This document shows positions 8,636 through 17,127 of a stretch of DNA of 64,000 nt, one piece after another. The translations under genes and the position numbers were made by a program. The DNA is taken from the IMG/VR virus record IMGVR_UViG_3300025889_000070; one strand, written 5' to 3'. Numbering within the stretch: the first letter of the stretch is position 1; every line of letters starts with the position of its first letter. The stretch is from a virus (taxonomy: Duplodnaviria; Caudoviricetes). The notes beneath the pieces are model-generated. The model ran no database searches. It worked only from the letters and a program-made list of their open reading frames with translations, and was not told the origin of the DNA.

Positions 8636-9204
8636 TGCTGTTTACAGAATACAAAAATTGGATATCTGATAAGGAACACATTGATATTTTAAGTAAAATT
8701 GTATACGCACCAAAGTGGCGTTTTGGCCAAGTAAGTGATGATCAAATTGAACCAAACTATCCAATGTGGTTCCAGGGATTTTATCACGTGCACAAACATG
8801 AATTTAAGGACGATTGTCCTGATATTGCTAAAACTTTAACGGAACGGTTTTTGGACCTAGCACCCGACAACTATATGTTGGTTAGAAGCATGGCTAGTAG
8901 TAATACGTTTGGTCAGGACGGAGACTTTCACACAGATTGGCCAGTATTTGGGCAAAGCATTACTGGTGTACTTTATACTGATAAAGTATGGGAAACAAAC
9001 TGGGGCGGTGAAACCTTGTTTAAAGGAGATCAGGTTTTAGAAGCAAGTGAGTATGAGCCTTGTAAACTTGTTACTTTTGATAGTAGCATTCCGCACATTG
9101 GTAAAGGTCCCCAACGTAGGTGCAAGGAAATGCGTAGCATACTAGCATTCCAAGCAGTGGAAGCCGATGCTCTCAGAGAAAGAATGAATAAAAAACTTGA
9201 CTAA
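8635..9204 (+). CDS. 2OG-Fe(II) oxygenase (prolyl-hydroxylase-like)
   Basis: HTD triad, WGGETLF, distal His (PHIG) and R-S (MRSIL); TAATG coupling to the PRTase. Confidence 0.85.
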   Translation: MLFTEYKNWISDKEHIDILSKIVYAPKWRFGQVSDDQIEPNYPMWFQGFYHVHKHEFKDDCPDIAKTLTERFLDLAPDNYMLVRSMASSNTFGQDGDFHTDWPVFGQSITGVLYTDKVWETNWGGETLFKGDQVLEASEYEPCKLVTFDSSIPHIGKGPQRRCKEMRSILAFQAVEADALRERMNKKLD

Positions 9205-9225
9205 ATAGAAAGTACTTGTTATTAT
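9197..9225 (+). promoter_or_regulatory. Sigma70-like promoter of the queD operon
   Basis: TTGACT (9197-9202), 17 nt, TGt-TATTAT (9220-9225); predicted start site near 9231-9232. Confidence 0.7.
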
Positions 9226-9231
9226 AATAAT

Positions 9232-9290
9232 AAGAGGACTTAGTGTTCGTTCCCTCTTTAAATATTCCGCGCACTCCATAACCAAGGAGT
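9232..9290 (+). ncRNA. Candidate cis-regulatory RNA, preQ1-I-like pseudoknot with an SD-sequestering hairpin
   Basis: P1 AAGAGG/CCUCUU; loop AGUGU can pair with downstream GCACU; competing ACUCC/GGAGU hairpin covers the SD; directly upstream of queD. Confidence 0.5.
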
Positions 9291-9297
9291 ATAAATT

Positions 9298-9777
9298 ATG
9301 GCAAAATATATTAGTACTAAAACATATAGACACTTAGGTCCAGTAGCATACAGGCAGTGGAGAGCAGACAGTCATTGTAATTTAATTCATGGATACGCAT
9401 TAAGTTTCCATTTTGAATTTGAATGCGACACACTGGATGCTAGAAACTGGTGCATGGACTTTGGTGGTTTGAAGCCACTAAAACAAAACCTAGAAGATTG
9501 GTTTGATCATACGCTATTAGTAGCACAAGACGATCCAGACCGAGAAACATTGTTAGATCTTGGTAAAAAAGGATTAGCAAAGATCACAGAAGTTGAAAAA
9601 ACTGGCTGCGAGGGTCTAGCAGACTTCCTTTATGAATACGTAAATACTATTTTCTTACCCAACTATGGCAAAGCAGAAGCAGAACGTATCTGGTGCTGTA
9701 AAGTTGAGGTAAGGGAAACCGACTCAAATATGGCTATGCGTGTCGGGCATAGAGAAGATGGAGAATTCGATGTTTAA
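9298..9777 (+). CDS. queD: 6-carboxy-5,6,7,8-tetrahydropterin synthase
   Basis: HCNLIHGY, DFGGLK, FDHTLLV, CEGLA and VEVRET motifs. Confidence 0.93.
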   Translation: MAKYISTKTYRHLGPVAYRQWRADSHCNLIHGYALSFHFEFECDTLDARNWCMDFGGLKPLKQNLEDWFDHTLLVAQDDPDRETLLDLGKKGLAKITEVEKTGCEGLADFLYEYVNTIFLPNYGKAEAERIWCCKVEVRETDSNMAMRVGHREDGEFDV

Positions 9778-9985
9778 AACTTTTTGGAACTTTATTTCTG
9801 GTTTAGGCAGTGTTGAAGACATTGTAAAGACAGCTACAGTAACAGAAGCAGAACTTAAAAAGATGACCAAAAAAGAAATTGATGACTGGGCTGCTAGTTC
9901 AGGCGTTACACTTGATCGTCGTCTTACAAAAGATAAGATGATTGCTGAACTTAAAACACACACATCTAAAGTTAACATTACATAA
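9770..9985 (+). CDS. Small protein with Rho-N/HeH-like helical motif
   Basis: LKKMTKKEIDDWAASSGVTLDRRLTKDKMIAEL; GGAG SD before the ATG at 9770. Confidence 0.6.
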   Translation: MFKTFWNFISGLGSVEDIVKTATVTEAELKKMTKKEIDDWAASSGVTLDRRLTKDKMIAELKTHTSKVNIT

Positions 9986-9994
9986 GAGGCATTA

Positions 9995-10876
9995 ATGAAA
10001 ATAAGATACACTGAAGCGTTTTATAGTGTACAAGGCGAAGGAAGGTTTGTTGGAGTTCCCAGCGTTTTCTTGCGTATGTACGGTTGTAATTTTACATGTC
10101 CAAAGTTTGGGCTAGCAAGGGATGCAGATACAAGTCAGACTGATAAAAAGTTAGCGGACATTGTTTACGAAACAACCAAGGTGTTTCCTGAAAAATATGA
10201 TAGTGTAGATAAACTCCCACTTATTGAAACAGGCTGTGACAGTTATGCCGCTTGGCATCCTGCTTTTAAACATCTACAGAATGACGTAGACTTGGACACA
10301 CTTGTAGATAGACTGCTAGCACTAACACCCACTGGATCATGGACACAGGAAAATGGTCAAGACATACACTTGGTTATCACAGGTGGTGAACCTTTGTTGG
10401 GTTGGCAGCGTGTGTATACAGAACTATTTGAACATCCAAAAATGAAGGATCTTAAAAATGTCACTTTTGAAACTAACACCACACAGCCTTTGCAGGACAA
10501 TTTCCAGTCTTACCTCAACAATAACCAACAACTACATGTTACATGGTCATGTTCCCCGAAGCTATCGGTTAGTGGACATGCTTGGGATGATGCTATACAG
10601 CCTAGTATTGCTAGGAGTTACAGTGACATTCGTGATAGCTACCTATATTTCAAGTTTGTTGTATGTGATGATGTTGATGTGGAAGAAGTTGACCGAGCTG
10701 TGGCGGAATTTAGAGCTGCCGGTATTACTGCGCCGGTTTATGTCATGGCTGTCGGAGGTACAACAACAAGTTACTTTGCTAACGGCAAAACTGTGGCGGA
10801 ACTTGCTCTTAAAAAAGGCTATTGTTATTCGCCCAGGCTTCATGTCGACGTTTTTGGCAATGCCTGGGGAACGTAA
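9995..10876 (+). CDS. queE: 7-carboxy-7-deazaguanine synthase (radical SAM)
   Basis: FYSVQGEG..G.PSVFLR..GCNFTC, ITGGEPLL, FETN, SCSPKL and PRLHVD. Confidence 0.93.
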   Translation: MKIRYTEAFYSVQGEGRFVGVPSVFLRMYGCNFTCPKFGLARDADTSQTDKKLADIVYETTKVFPEKYDSVDKLPLIETGCDSYAAWHPAFKHLQNDVDLDTLVDRLLALTPTGSWTQENGQDIHLVITGGEPLLGWQRVYTELFEHPKMKDLKNVTFETNTTQPLQDNFQSYLNNNQQLHVTWSCSPKLSVSGHAWDDAIQPSIARSYSDIRDSYLYFKFVVCDDVDVEEVDRAVAEFRAAGITAPVYVMAVGGTTTSYFANGKTVAELALKKGYCYSPRLHVDVFGNAWGT

Positions 10877-10889
10877 TAAATCCACTGGT

Positions 10890-10970
10890 ATGCCTGTAAT
10901 AGAAAAACAAAAACAAGAAAAACTAGTCCCAAAAGATTTAGAACAGAGACTTAGAGAATCAGGATTATGA
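10890..10970 (+). CDS. Possible 26-aa peptide (MPVIEKQKQEKLVPKDLEQRLRESGL)
   Basis: Fills the gap between queE and the phosphatase gene and overlaps the latter by ATGA; no clear SD. Confidence 0.35.
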   Translation: MPVIEKQKQEKLVPKDLEQRLRESGL

Positions 10971-11530
10971 AATCAGTTTGGGTAAGACACGGTCAAAGCG
11001 AATACAATGCTCAAAACTTGAGCACTGGTTGGCACGATCCTGATCTTACAGAACAGGGAGTGATAGAAGCGCATCAAGCAGGTGTTGTGCTTGCTGAAAG
11101 ATACACAAGCGTTGCTGGCGTATATGCTAGTGACCTACGTCGTAGTTTTAATACTGCTAATATTATAGTAGAAACCACTGGTTGGAATATTACCCCACAG
11201 GTTAGTCCTGCTATAAGAGAACGTGATTATGGCGATTGGAGTGGTAAAAATAAAGATCAGATCAAGCAGGAACTGGGGGAAGATAAATTCTTACAAATAC
11301 GCAGAGGTTGGCAGGCCAGCCCAGTTAACGGCGAAAGTTTAAAAGATACTGCTGCAAGAGTTTATGGTTTTTTACGCGAAATAGAAGACAGAGCAAATGA
11401 ACTACCACATATTATTATTTGTCATGGTAATACAATCAGGGCGGCCGCAGTAGTGCTGGGAAAAAGAACACAAGAAGACGTACATGAGTTTGAAGTACAC
11501 ACAGGAGAAGTAATTGAATGGGACTTTTAG
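10967..11530 (+). CDS. Histidine phosphatase / dPGM-like protein
   Basis: VRHGQSEYN, ASDLRRS, ERDYG and ICHGNTIRA motifs. Confidence 0.9.
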   Translation: MKSVWVRHGQSEYNAQNLSTGWHDPDLTEQGVIEAHQAGVVLAERYTSVAGVYASDLRRSFNTANIIVETTGWNITPQVSPAIRERDYGDWSGKNKDQIKQELGEDKFLQIRRGWQASPVNGESLKDTAARVYGFLREIEDRANELPHIIICHGNTIRAAAVVLGKRTQEDVHEFEVHTGEVIEWDF

Positions 11531-11886
11531 ATGATGCAAAACGTGCTATGGGCCTGGGGAAAGCAAAAGTAGTAGAAGAGCCAAAACCTAGAGCGCCTAA
11601 AAAAACAGCAAAAGAAATTGCTACAGAAAAGGGAGAGCCCTGGGTAAGTGTGCTCGATATAGAACTGGATCCTGAAAATCCTGGAAACGGTGCTTTTGAA
11701 CTTGACTGGAACGAATATTTTATAAAGCGTCTTTGGAAGGCTGGCTACCGTGACGAAGATGAAAATGACATGGTAGATCGTTGGTTCCAGGATGTTTGTA
11801 GACAGGTAGTTCTTGAAACATATGAAAAAGATGAAGCAATGGTAACCAGAAATGATCTAGGTGATGGAAAGACAGAGTATAGATAA
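11518..11886 (+). CDS. Hypothetical phage protein
   Basis: ORF coupled to both neighbours. Confidence 0.75.
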   Translation: MGLLDDAKRAMGLGKAKVVEEPKPRAPKKTAKEIATEKGEPWVSVLDIELDPENPGNGAFELDWNEYFIKRLWKAGYRDEDENDMVDRWFQDVCRQVVLETYEKDEAMVTRNDLGDGKTEYR

Positions 11887-12656
11887 TGTTGCTATACGTA
11901 AATGGTGATAGTCATAGTGCTGGAGCAGAACTTGTTAAAGACTATTGCTTTGCAGAAGACGACAACCGATATCGTCATTATGGCAGAACTCCTCACCCTG
12001 AAGCAATACCAAAAACATTTGGACATCATTTGTCTAAAAAACTTAACGCTGGCTACTTTTTAGACGCTGAGAGTGCAAGTAGTAATGATCGTATCCTCCG
12101 GACAACTCAGTTATTCCTAGGTGAGAAAATACGCAAACCGCGTACAATAGTTATTGGTTGGAGTTCCTGGGAGAGAGAAGAGTTTTGGCATACTGATAGA
12201 TATTATCAGTTTACAGCAAGTGGAACTGATAGTGTTCCTGAAGAATTAGAACTTGATTATAAAATCTGGGTTGCAGAACAAACTAATGATACACTAAGAA
12301 TAAAGCACATATACTGGCACAATAAAATCTGGGATTTTCACCAGGAACTTGTGGAGAAAAACGTTAAACATTTATTCTTTAATGCCATGCAAAATTTTAA
12401 TCCAGGCTGGGTAGAAAGCAAGGACTGGCAGGGAAGTTATATAGAGCCATATGATAATAACTGGGTATACATAAACTGGGCTAAACAACAAGGCTTCCTA
12501 ACAGCAAACTTCTTTGGCAGTCATTATGGCGAGGACGCTCATAAAGCCTGGGCAAGAGAACTTCATACACGGTTGACAGGACCAGTAGAATCTAGTACAA
12601 TAAACACTAGAGTAGTAAATGCAAGAGTAAACCCTTACAAACCGAGGAAGTTGTGA
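11886..12656 (+). CDS. Hypothetical protein, SGNH-hydrolase-like
   Basis: N-terminal NGDSHSAG, ASSNDRI and C-terminal HYGEDAH. Confidence 0.55.
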   Translation: MLLYVNGDSHSAGAELVKDYCFAEDDNRYRHYGRTPHPEAIPKTFGHHLSKKLNAGYFLDAESASSNDRILRTTQLFLGEKIRKPRTIVIGWSSWEREEFWHTDRYYQFTASGTDSVPEELELDYKIWVAEQTNDTLRIKHIYWHNKIWDFHQELVEKNVKHLFFNAMQNFNPGWVESKDWQGSYIEPYDNNWVYINWAKQQGFLTANFFGSHYGEDAHKAWARELHTRLTGPVESSTINTRVVNARVNPYKPRKL

Positions 12657-13645
12657 CCACATACTTACTTGTTGATACAGCAAATACTTTTTTTAGAGCA
12701 CGGCACGTCTCCCATCGGGGCATGGATACCTGGACCAGACTGGGCTTTAGTATACATGTTACAATGAGTGCTATTAACAAAGCCTGGCGTATTGCTGGTG
12801 CTGATCATGTTGTTTTTGCGCTTGAAGGTCGTAGTTGGCGCAAAGACTACTATGAACCTTATAAGAAGAACCGCAAAGTAAAGTACGACTCACTCACTGA
12901 AGAACAGCAGGAAGAAGACAAACTGTTCTGGGAGACCTATGATGAACTTACTGGTTTTTTGACAGATACCAGTAATTGTAGTGTGTTACGTTGTGATATT
13001 GCTGAAGCAGATGATATTATAGCACGTTGGATTAACAAGCATCCAGATGATGATCATGTTATTGTTAGCAGTGACACTGACTTTGTGCAGTTGGTTAGCG
13101 ATAACGTCCGCCAATACAATGGCATTCAAAATCATATGATTACGCTGGATGGTATTTTTGACGATTATGGTAAACCTGTAAAAGACAAAAAGACAGGCGA
13201 AGCCAAGGAAATTCCTGACCCAGAATGGTTGCTGTTTGAAAAGTGTATGCGTGGCGACCCTACCGACAATGTTTTTAGTGCCTATCCTGGTGTGCGAAAA
13301 AAGGGTACTAAGAACAAGGTAGGGCTGGCTGAAGCTTTTGAGGATCGCAACACCAAAGGCTACAACTGGAACAACCTTATGCTACAACGCTGGACTGACC
13401 ATAATGGTGACGAGCATCGTGTGCTTGATGACTACGAACGCAATCGTACACTAGTAGATTTAACTGCTCAACCAGAAGAACTAAAAGAGTATATTGACAA
13501 CGCAATAGAAGATCAGTTAGAATCTAAAAATAATAGCATGGTTGGTGCTAAGTTTCTTAAGTTCTGCGGCAAGTATGAACTTAATAGAATTGCTGAGGAG
13601 GCAACAAAGTATGCTGAATGGTTACAACGGGGATACAATGTATAA
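12653..13645 (+). CDS. rnh: T4-like RNase H / 5'-3' exonuclease
   Basis: LLVDTAN, FALEGRSWRK, EADDIIA, SSDTDFVQL and GDPTDNV; GTG start. Confidence 0.92.
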   Translation: MTTYLLVDTANTFFRARHVSHRGMDTWTRLGFSIHVTMSAINKAWRIAGADHVVFALEGRSWRKDYYEPYKKNRKVKYDSLTEEQQEEDKLFWETYDELTGFLTDTSNCSVLRCDIAEADDIIARWINKHPDDDHVIVSSDTDFVQLVSDNVRQYNGIQNHMITLDGIFDDYGKPVKDKKTGEAKEIPDPEWLLFEKCMRGDPTDNVFSAYPGVRKKGTKNKVGLAEAFEDRNTKGYNWNNLMLQRWTDHNGDEHRVLDDYERNRTLVDLTAQPEELKEYIDNAIEDQLESKNNSMVGAKFLKFCGKYELNRIAEEATKYAEWLQRGYNV

Positions 13646-14099
13646 AGCAAAACCTGTTATAGCTGACAAGTTTTGGATTGTGGAACAAAACGGAGAACGT
13701 GTGGGCACTATTCGTAAGGGCACTGATTTAACTGTCAGTTTAGCAGGAAAGAATATTGGTAGATGCAGCAATCTCGATGAACTAGAAAACAAGTTTAATA
13801 TTCGCCTGGTGTCTGGGAAAGAACTTACTGTTGGTAAGGAAGAAAAATCAGTACTTGAAGTTCACGGTTATCCATCTAAAACAGCGCCATTTAATGCTAT
13901 GTATGACATGAAACGTAAACTGCCGCTTTATACAAAAACACAGAACAGCCAGAGTTTTTATTGTGCTGGTTATTACATTATTCAGTTTGACAAATGGTTA
14001 CCAAGTTTTTGCCCTAAACTTTTAACATTGAGTAGGAACGAGTTTAAAGGCCCATTTAAGACTAAACTAGAAATGCAGCAAGTCCTTAAAAATACATGA
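13638..14099 (+). CDS. Hypothetical phage protein
   Basis: ATG at 13638 overlaps the rnh end; the longer upstream start in the ORF track is unlikely. Confidence 0.75.
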   Translation: MYKAKPVIADKFWIVEQNGERVGTIRKGTDLTVSLAGKNIGRCSNLDELENKFNIRLVSGKELTVGKEEKSVLEVHGYPSKTAPFNAMYDMKRKLPLYTKTQNSQSFYCAGYYIIQFDKWLPSFCPKLLTLSRNEFKGPFKTKLEMQQVLKNT

Positions 14100-14314
14100 G
14101 ACTACCTAACACGAGCAACCTTGAAACATTTGTAAAACGTGCAAACGCTGGAAATGCGCCTGGCATATCCATTAGTAGACTAGAGGCACAGGGTATTTCC
14201 AGAGAATATATTAATCTTGTAAACTATGTTATGAAACTTCAAGATCGTATTATTGAATTAGAAGAGCAACAAAACAATCCTGATACACTGGAGATTGTAA
14301 CTCCTAACTTCTAA
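14096..14314 (+). CDS. Hypothetical protein
   Basis: ATGA-coupled ORF with a coiled-coil C-terminus. Confidence 0.7.
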   Translation: MRLPNTSNLETFVKRANAGNAPGISISRLEAQGISREYINLVNYVMKLQDRIIELEEQQNNPDTLEIVTPNF

Positions 14315-14333
14315 CAAAACCTGCTGAATATTA

Positions 14334-14341
14334 GATAAATA
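14334..14341 (+). promoter_or_regulatory. T4-late-like promoter motif GATAAATA
   Basis: Intergenic, 25 nt before the 14366 ATG; similar motifs precede tail genes. Confidence 0.5.
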
Positions 14342-14365
14342 TATGCGTATATTTTAGGAACTAGT

Positions 14366-14653
14366 ATGAGCAGACCCAAACCTGAAGTTTTAATAGAAAA
14401 GGTAGACAAAGCAACATATAAATCTGAACAGATACTTGCTAGCGAAGGCATCTGGAGTGTCTATTATCAAGGCAGGCCCATAAATTTAAAAAGTCACAAT
14501 ATTCTTATTAGTTACCCTGGACCAAAATATAAAAAAGTAAGTTTTAGTAACAGCGGTCATGCTATCAACTTGGCTAAAAAGTTAAACAAAAAATTTAACT
14601 GTGAAGATTTTAGTGTGGTGCTTCTCAAACTAGGTGATGTAATATATCCATAA
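14366..14653 (+). CDS. Hypothetical phage protein (MSRPKP N-terminus)
   Basis: Clean ORF with AGGA SD. Confidence 0.8.
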   Translation: MSRPKPEVLIEKVDKATYKSEQILASEGIWSVYYQGRPINLKSHNILISYPGPKYKKVSFSNSGHAINLAKKLNKKFNCEDFSVVLLKLGDVIYP

Positions 14654-15003
14654 CAAAAAAACAATATGCTGAAAAGTTTGCTGAAGTTGGCAGGCTAGAT
14701 ATTCCAGTTGACGAACTTGCTGGTTTTTTTTGGATGAATATACGTGACAACGGCGGCCTTAGGTTAAACGATAACGGATATACCTACCTAGTGAACAATT
14801 TAGAATTAGAATCTTATACAGTAAACCTGTACGAGCAGGCAATAAATCATAAATTTTTGCTGGAACTAGACAAGTTTATGGATTGTCCATATTTTCTTGT
14901 TAGGGGGAGATGGCCAAAAATAATATTGTTTAGTGAGCAAACTTACATGTGGTGTTGTTTACATGAAGATTTTAGGAGTTTTCTAAATGGATACAAAGTT
15001 TGA
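14650..15003 (+). CDS. Hypothetical protein (start uncertain: ATA at 14650 or ATG at 14734)
   Basis: Frame is open from 14650 and would overlap the upstream TAA as ATAA. Confidence 0.6.
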   Translation: MTKKQYAEKFAEVGRLDIPVDELAGFFWMNIRDNGGLRLNDNGYTYLVNNLELESYTVNLYEQAINHKFLLELDKFMDCPYFLVRGRWPKIILFSEQTYMWCCLHEDFRSFLNGYKV

Positions 15004-15286
15004 ACTTGGATACACAAAGCAAATTCAAGGGTCTAGATGGAAGCATATAATAAATGTAGACTTACCATTATACACAAATCATACGCCACAAAAGCAAGAA
15101 TTCCTAAATTTTATGCAAATAGAATATGGCATTGTAGACAAAAGATATAGTATTCGCTGGACAGACCATGGCGCTGATGTAAGGTTTGAATCTGATGCTG
15201 ATGCTGCTAGTTTTTTGATGTTGCATACTAAACAATACAATTGGGCTATTAAAAAAACTAGATATTCTAGTATTAGGGGTCACTAA
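14987..15286 (+). CDS. Hypothetical protein
   Basis: ORF overlapping the upstream gene; AGGAG SD. Confidence 0.7.
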   Translation: MDTKFELGYTKQIQGSRWKHIINVDLPLYTNHTPQKQEFLNFMQIEYGIVDKRYSIRWTDHGADVRFESDADAASFLMLHTKQYNWAIKKTRYSSIRGH

Positions 15287-15320
15287 AAACGGTTGACTAT
15301 CCGTGTATCTGTGTTATGTT
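15285..15320 (+). promoter_or_regulatory. Sigma70-like early promoter
   Basis: AAAAACGG-TTGACT, 16 nt, TGt-TATGTT. Confidence 0.75.
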
Positions 15321-15363
15321 TAGTATGTAAGTTGATGTTAACGGGTAAGAAACGGAGAAGATT

Positions 15364-15552
15364 ATGACATATACTATTTCAATGGAAGAGTATGTTGACG
15401 GAGAAGTTGTAGATACTCAAACCTTTACCTTTGATTCTAAGGATGAACGTGACGAAGCCGCAGGAATGATTTGGAGGTCTTACACTATGCTCAATGAAGC
15501 GTGGATAGAAGATGGGTTTGGTACTGGTTGGCTAATGCTCGACGAAGAATAG
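15364..15552 (+). CDS. Small acidic early protein
   Basis: GGAGAAG SD; downstream of a promoter. Confidence 0.75.
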   Translation: MTYTISMEEYVDGEVVDTQTFTFDSKDERDEAAGMIWRSYTMLNEAWIEDGFGTGWLMLDEE

Positions 15553-15569
15553 ATCATAGGACGATAATT

Positions 15570-15599
15570 GGTTGACATATCACAGATCTGTGTTATGTT
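15570..15599 (+). promoter_or_regulatory. Sigma70-like early promoter of the AAA ATPase
   Basis: GG-TTGACA, 16 nt, TGt-TATGTT; shares ATCTGTGTTATGTTTAGT with the 15285 promoter. Confidence 0.8.
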
Positions 15600-15629
15600 T
15601 AGTTATAGTTATTAACAAGGAGTAACAAG

Positions 15630-16739
15630 ATGTCAGAAGCAGTTGATGCCCGCACAGTTACGCTAGCAGAAGCAGAACAGCGTATTGTTCGTGCTTTCCG
15701 CAAAAAGCGTCCTGTGTTTTTGTGGGGCTTGCCGGGTGTTGGCAAGAGTGAGCTCATGGAGCGCATTGCCAACAAGGCTTACCTGGGCAATACATACCTG
15801 GTAGATGTTCGTGTGGCGCTCATGGAGCCCACGGACCTGCGTGGTATGCCGTTTTACAATCGTGAGACAGGCAAGATGGAATGGGCGCCGCCTGTAGATT
15901 TGCCGGATGAGGCTCTTGCTAGCCAGTACGATACTGTTATCTTGTTCTTGGACGAGATGAACAGTGCTGCTCCGGCTGTCCAGGCCGCTGCCTACCAATT
16001 GGTGCTCAATCGCCGTATTGGTCAGTTTAAGTTGCCTGACAACGTGGTTATTGTTGCTGCTGGCAACCGCGAAAGTGACAAGGGTGTTACTTATCGTATG
16101 CCCACGCCGCTTGCTAACCGTTTCGTCCACCTTGAAGTTCGTGTGGACTTTGACAGTTGGTTTGACTGGGCTGTGGAGAACAAAATCCATGAAGATGTGG
16201 TTGGCTATGTCAGTTTTGCCAAGGCTGACTTATGCAACTTTGATCCCCGTTCCAGCGGACGTTCGTTTGCTACCCCGCGTAGTTGGACGTTTGTTAGCCA
16301 GTTCCTGGACGACGATGCCAGTGATATGGAGTTAACTGACTTAATCAGCGGTTGCATTGGCGAAGGTACTGCTCTTAAGTTCATGGCCCATCGCAAGATT
16401 GCCAAGGACATGCCAGAGCCTACTGCTATCCTGGCCGGCAAGGTCAAAGAGCTCAAGGTCAAAGAGATCAGCGCCCAGTATGCTCTTACTGTTGGTATGT
16501 GCTATGAGCTCAAGGATGCCTACGACAAGTTCGGCAAAAAGGACACCAAGAAATGGCACGAAATGGCAGACAACTTCTTCCGCTTTACCATGGACAATTT
16601 CCCTACTGAGATGGTTGTTATGGGGGCACGTATGGCGATTACCAACTATAACTTGCCCTTCCAGCCCAACAAGCTCAGCAACTTCAAGGAATTCTTTGAT
16701 CGGTTTGGCAAATATGTTGTCAAGGCCATGGAGGACTAA
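15630..16739 (+). CDS. MoxR-like AAA+ ATPase
   Basis: Walker A GLPGVGKS, DLRGMP, Walker B LFLDEMN, AAGNRESD and PLANRF. Confidence 0.92.
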   Translation: MSEAVDARTVTLAEAEQRIVRAFRKKRPVFLWGLPGVGKSELMERIANKAYLGNTYLVDVRVALMEPTDLRGMPFYNRETGKMEWAPPVDLPDEALASQYDTVILFLDEMNSAAPAVQAAAYQLVLNRRIGQFKLPDNVVIVAAGNRESDKGVTYRMPTPLANRFVHLEVRVDFDSWFDWAVENKIHEDVVGYVSFAKADLCNFDPRSSGRSFATPRSWTFVSQFLDDDASDMELTDLISGCIGEGTALKFMAHRKIAKDMPEPTAILAGKVKELKVKEISAQYALTVGMCYELKDAYDKFGKKDTKKWHEMADNFFRFTMDNFPTEMVVMGARMAITNYNLPFQPNKLSNFKEFFDRFGKYVVKAMED

Positions 16740-16913
16740 ATGAAAGGTTTAAAACTTATAATTGCTGTTGTTGTTCTCGTAGTGGTTGGTGTTAGTGGAT
16801 GGCATTTAACACGCTGGTTTAACTATGAATTTGGATACAATGCTAAAATTGAGCAAACCGTGTGTCACATGGTTAAACCAGCAGCACTTATTAACCCTAG
16901 CAAATGTAAATAG
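16740..16913 (+). CDS. 57-aa single-pass membrane or secreted protein (absent from the ORF track)
   Basis: MKGLKLIIAVVVLVVVGVSGW...SKCK; GGAGG SD; starts immediately after the ATPase stop. Confidence 0.75.
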   Translation: MKGLKLIIAVVVLVVVGVSGWHLTRWFNYEFGYNAKIEQTVCHMVKPAALINPSKCK

Positions 16914-16923
16914 GAAAAATTAT

Positions 16924-17127
16924 ATGAAAGCAACTATTGTTGCGTTGATAATGACTACTGTGCTGGCAGGATGCACTTTTAAAACAGTTAAAAAGTGCAC
17001 CCTGGGTTGCGGCGAGTTTGTGCTGGTAACGAGAGACGGCGTTACTTACGCCAGAACTGTAGACAAACAAACGCTGAACGTTCCTCCTTATATTAATGAC
17101 AGACCGGAGAAAAACAATGAAAAATAG
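16924..17127 (+). CDS. Small predicted lipoprotein
   Basis: MKATIVALIMTTVLAGC with lipobox LAGC. Confidence 0.7.
   Translation: MKATIVALIMTTVLAGCTFKTVKKCTLGCGEFVLVTRDGVTYARTVDKQTLNVPPYINDRPEKNNEK

Noticed and set aside
10458-10970. 170-aa ORF overlapping queE in another frame
   Set aside because: It is a shadow of queE with no recognisable motifs; only its last 26 codons (from ATG 10890) are plausible. There is no convincing slippery site for a QueE frameshift extension.
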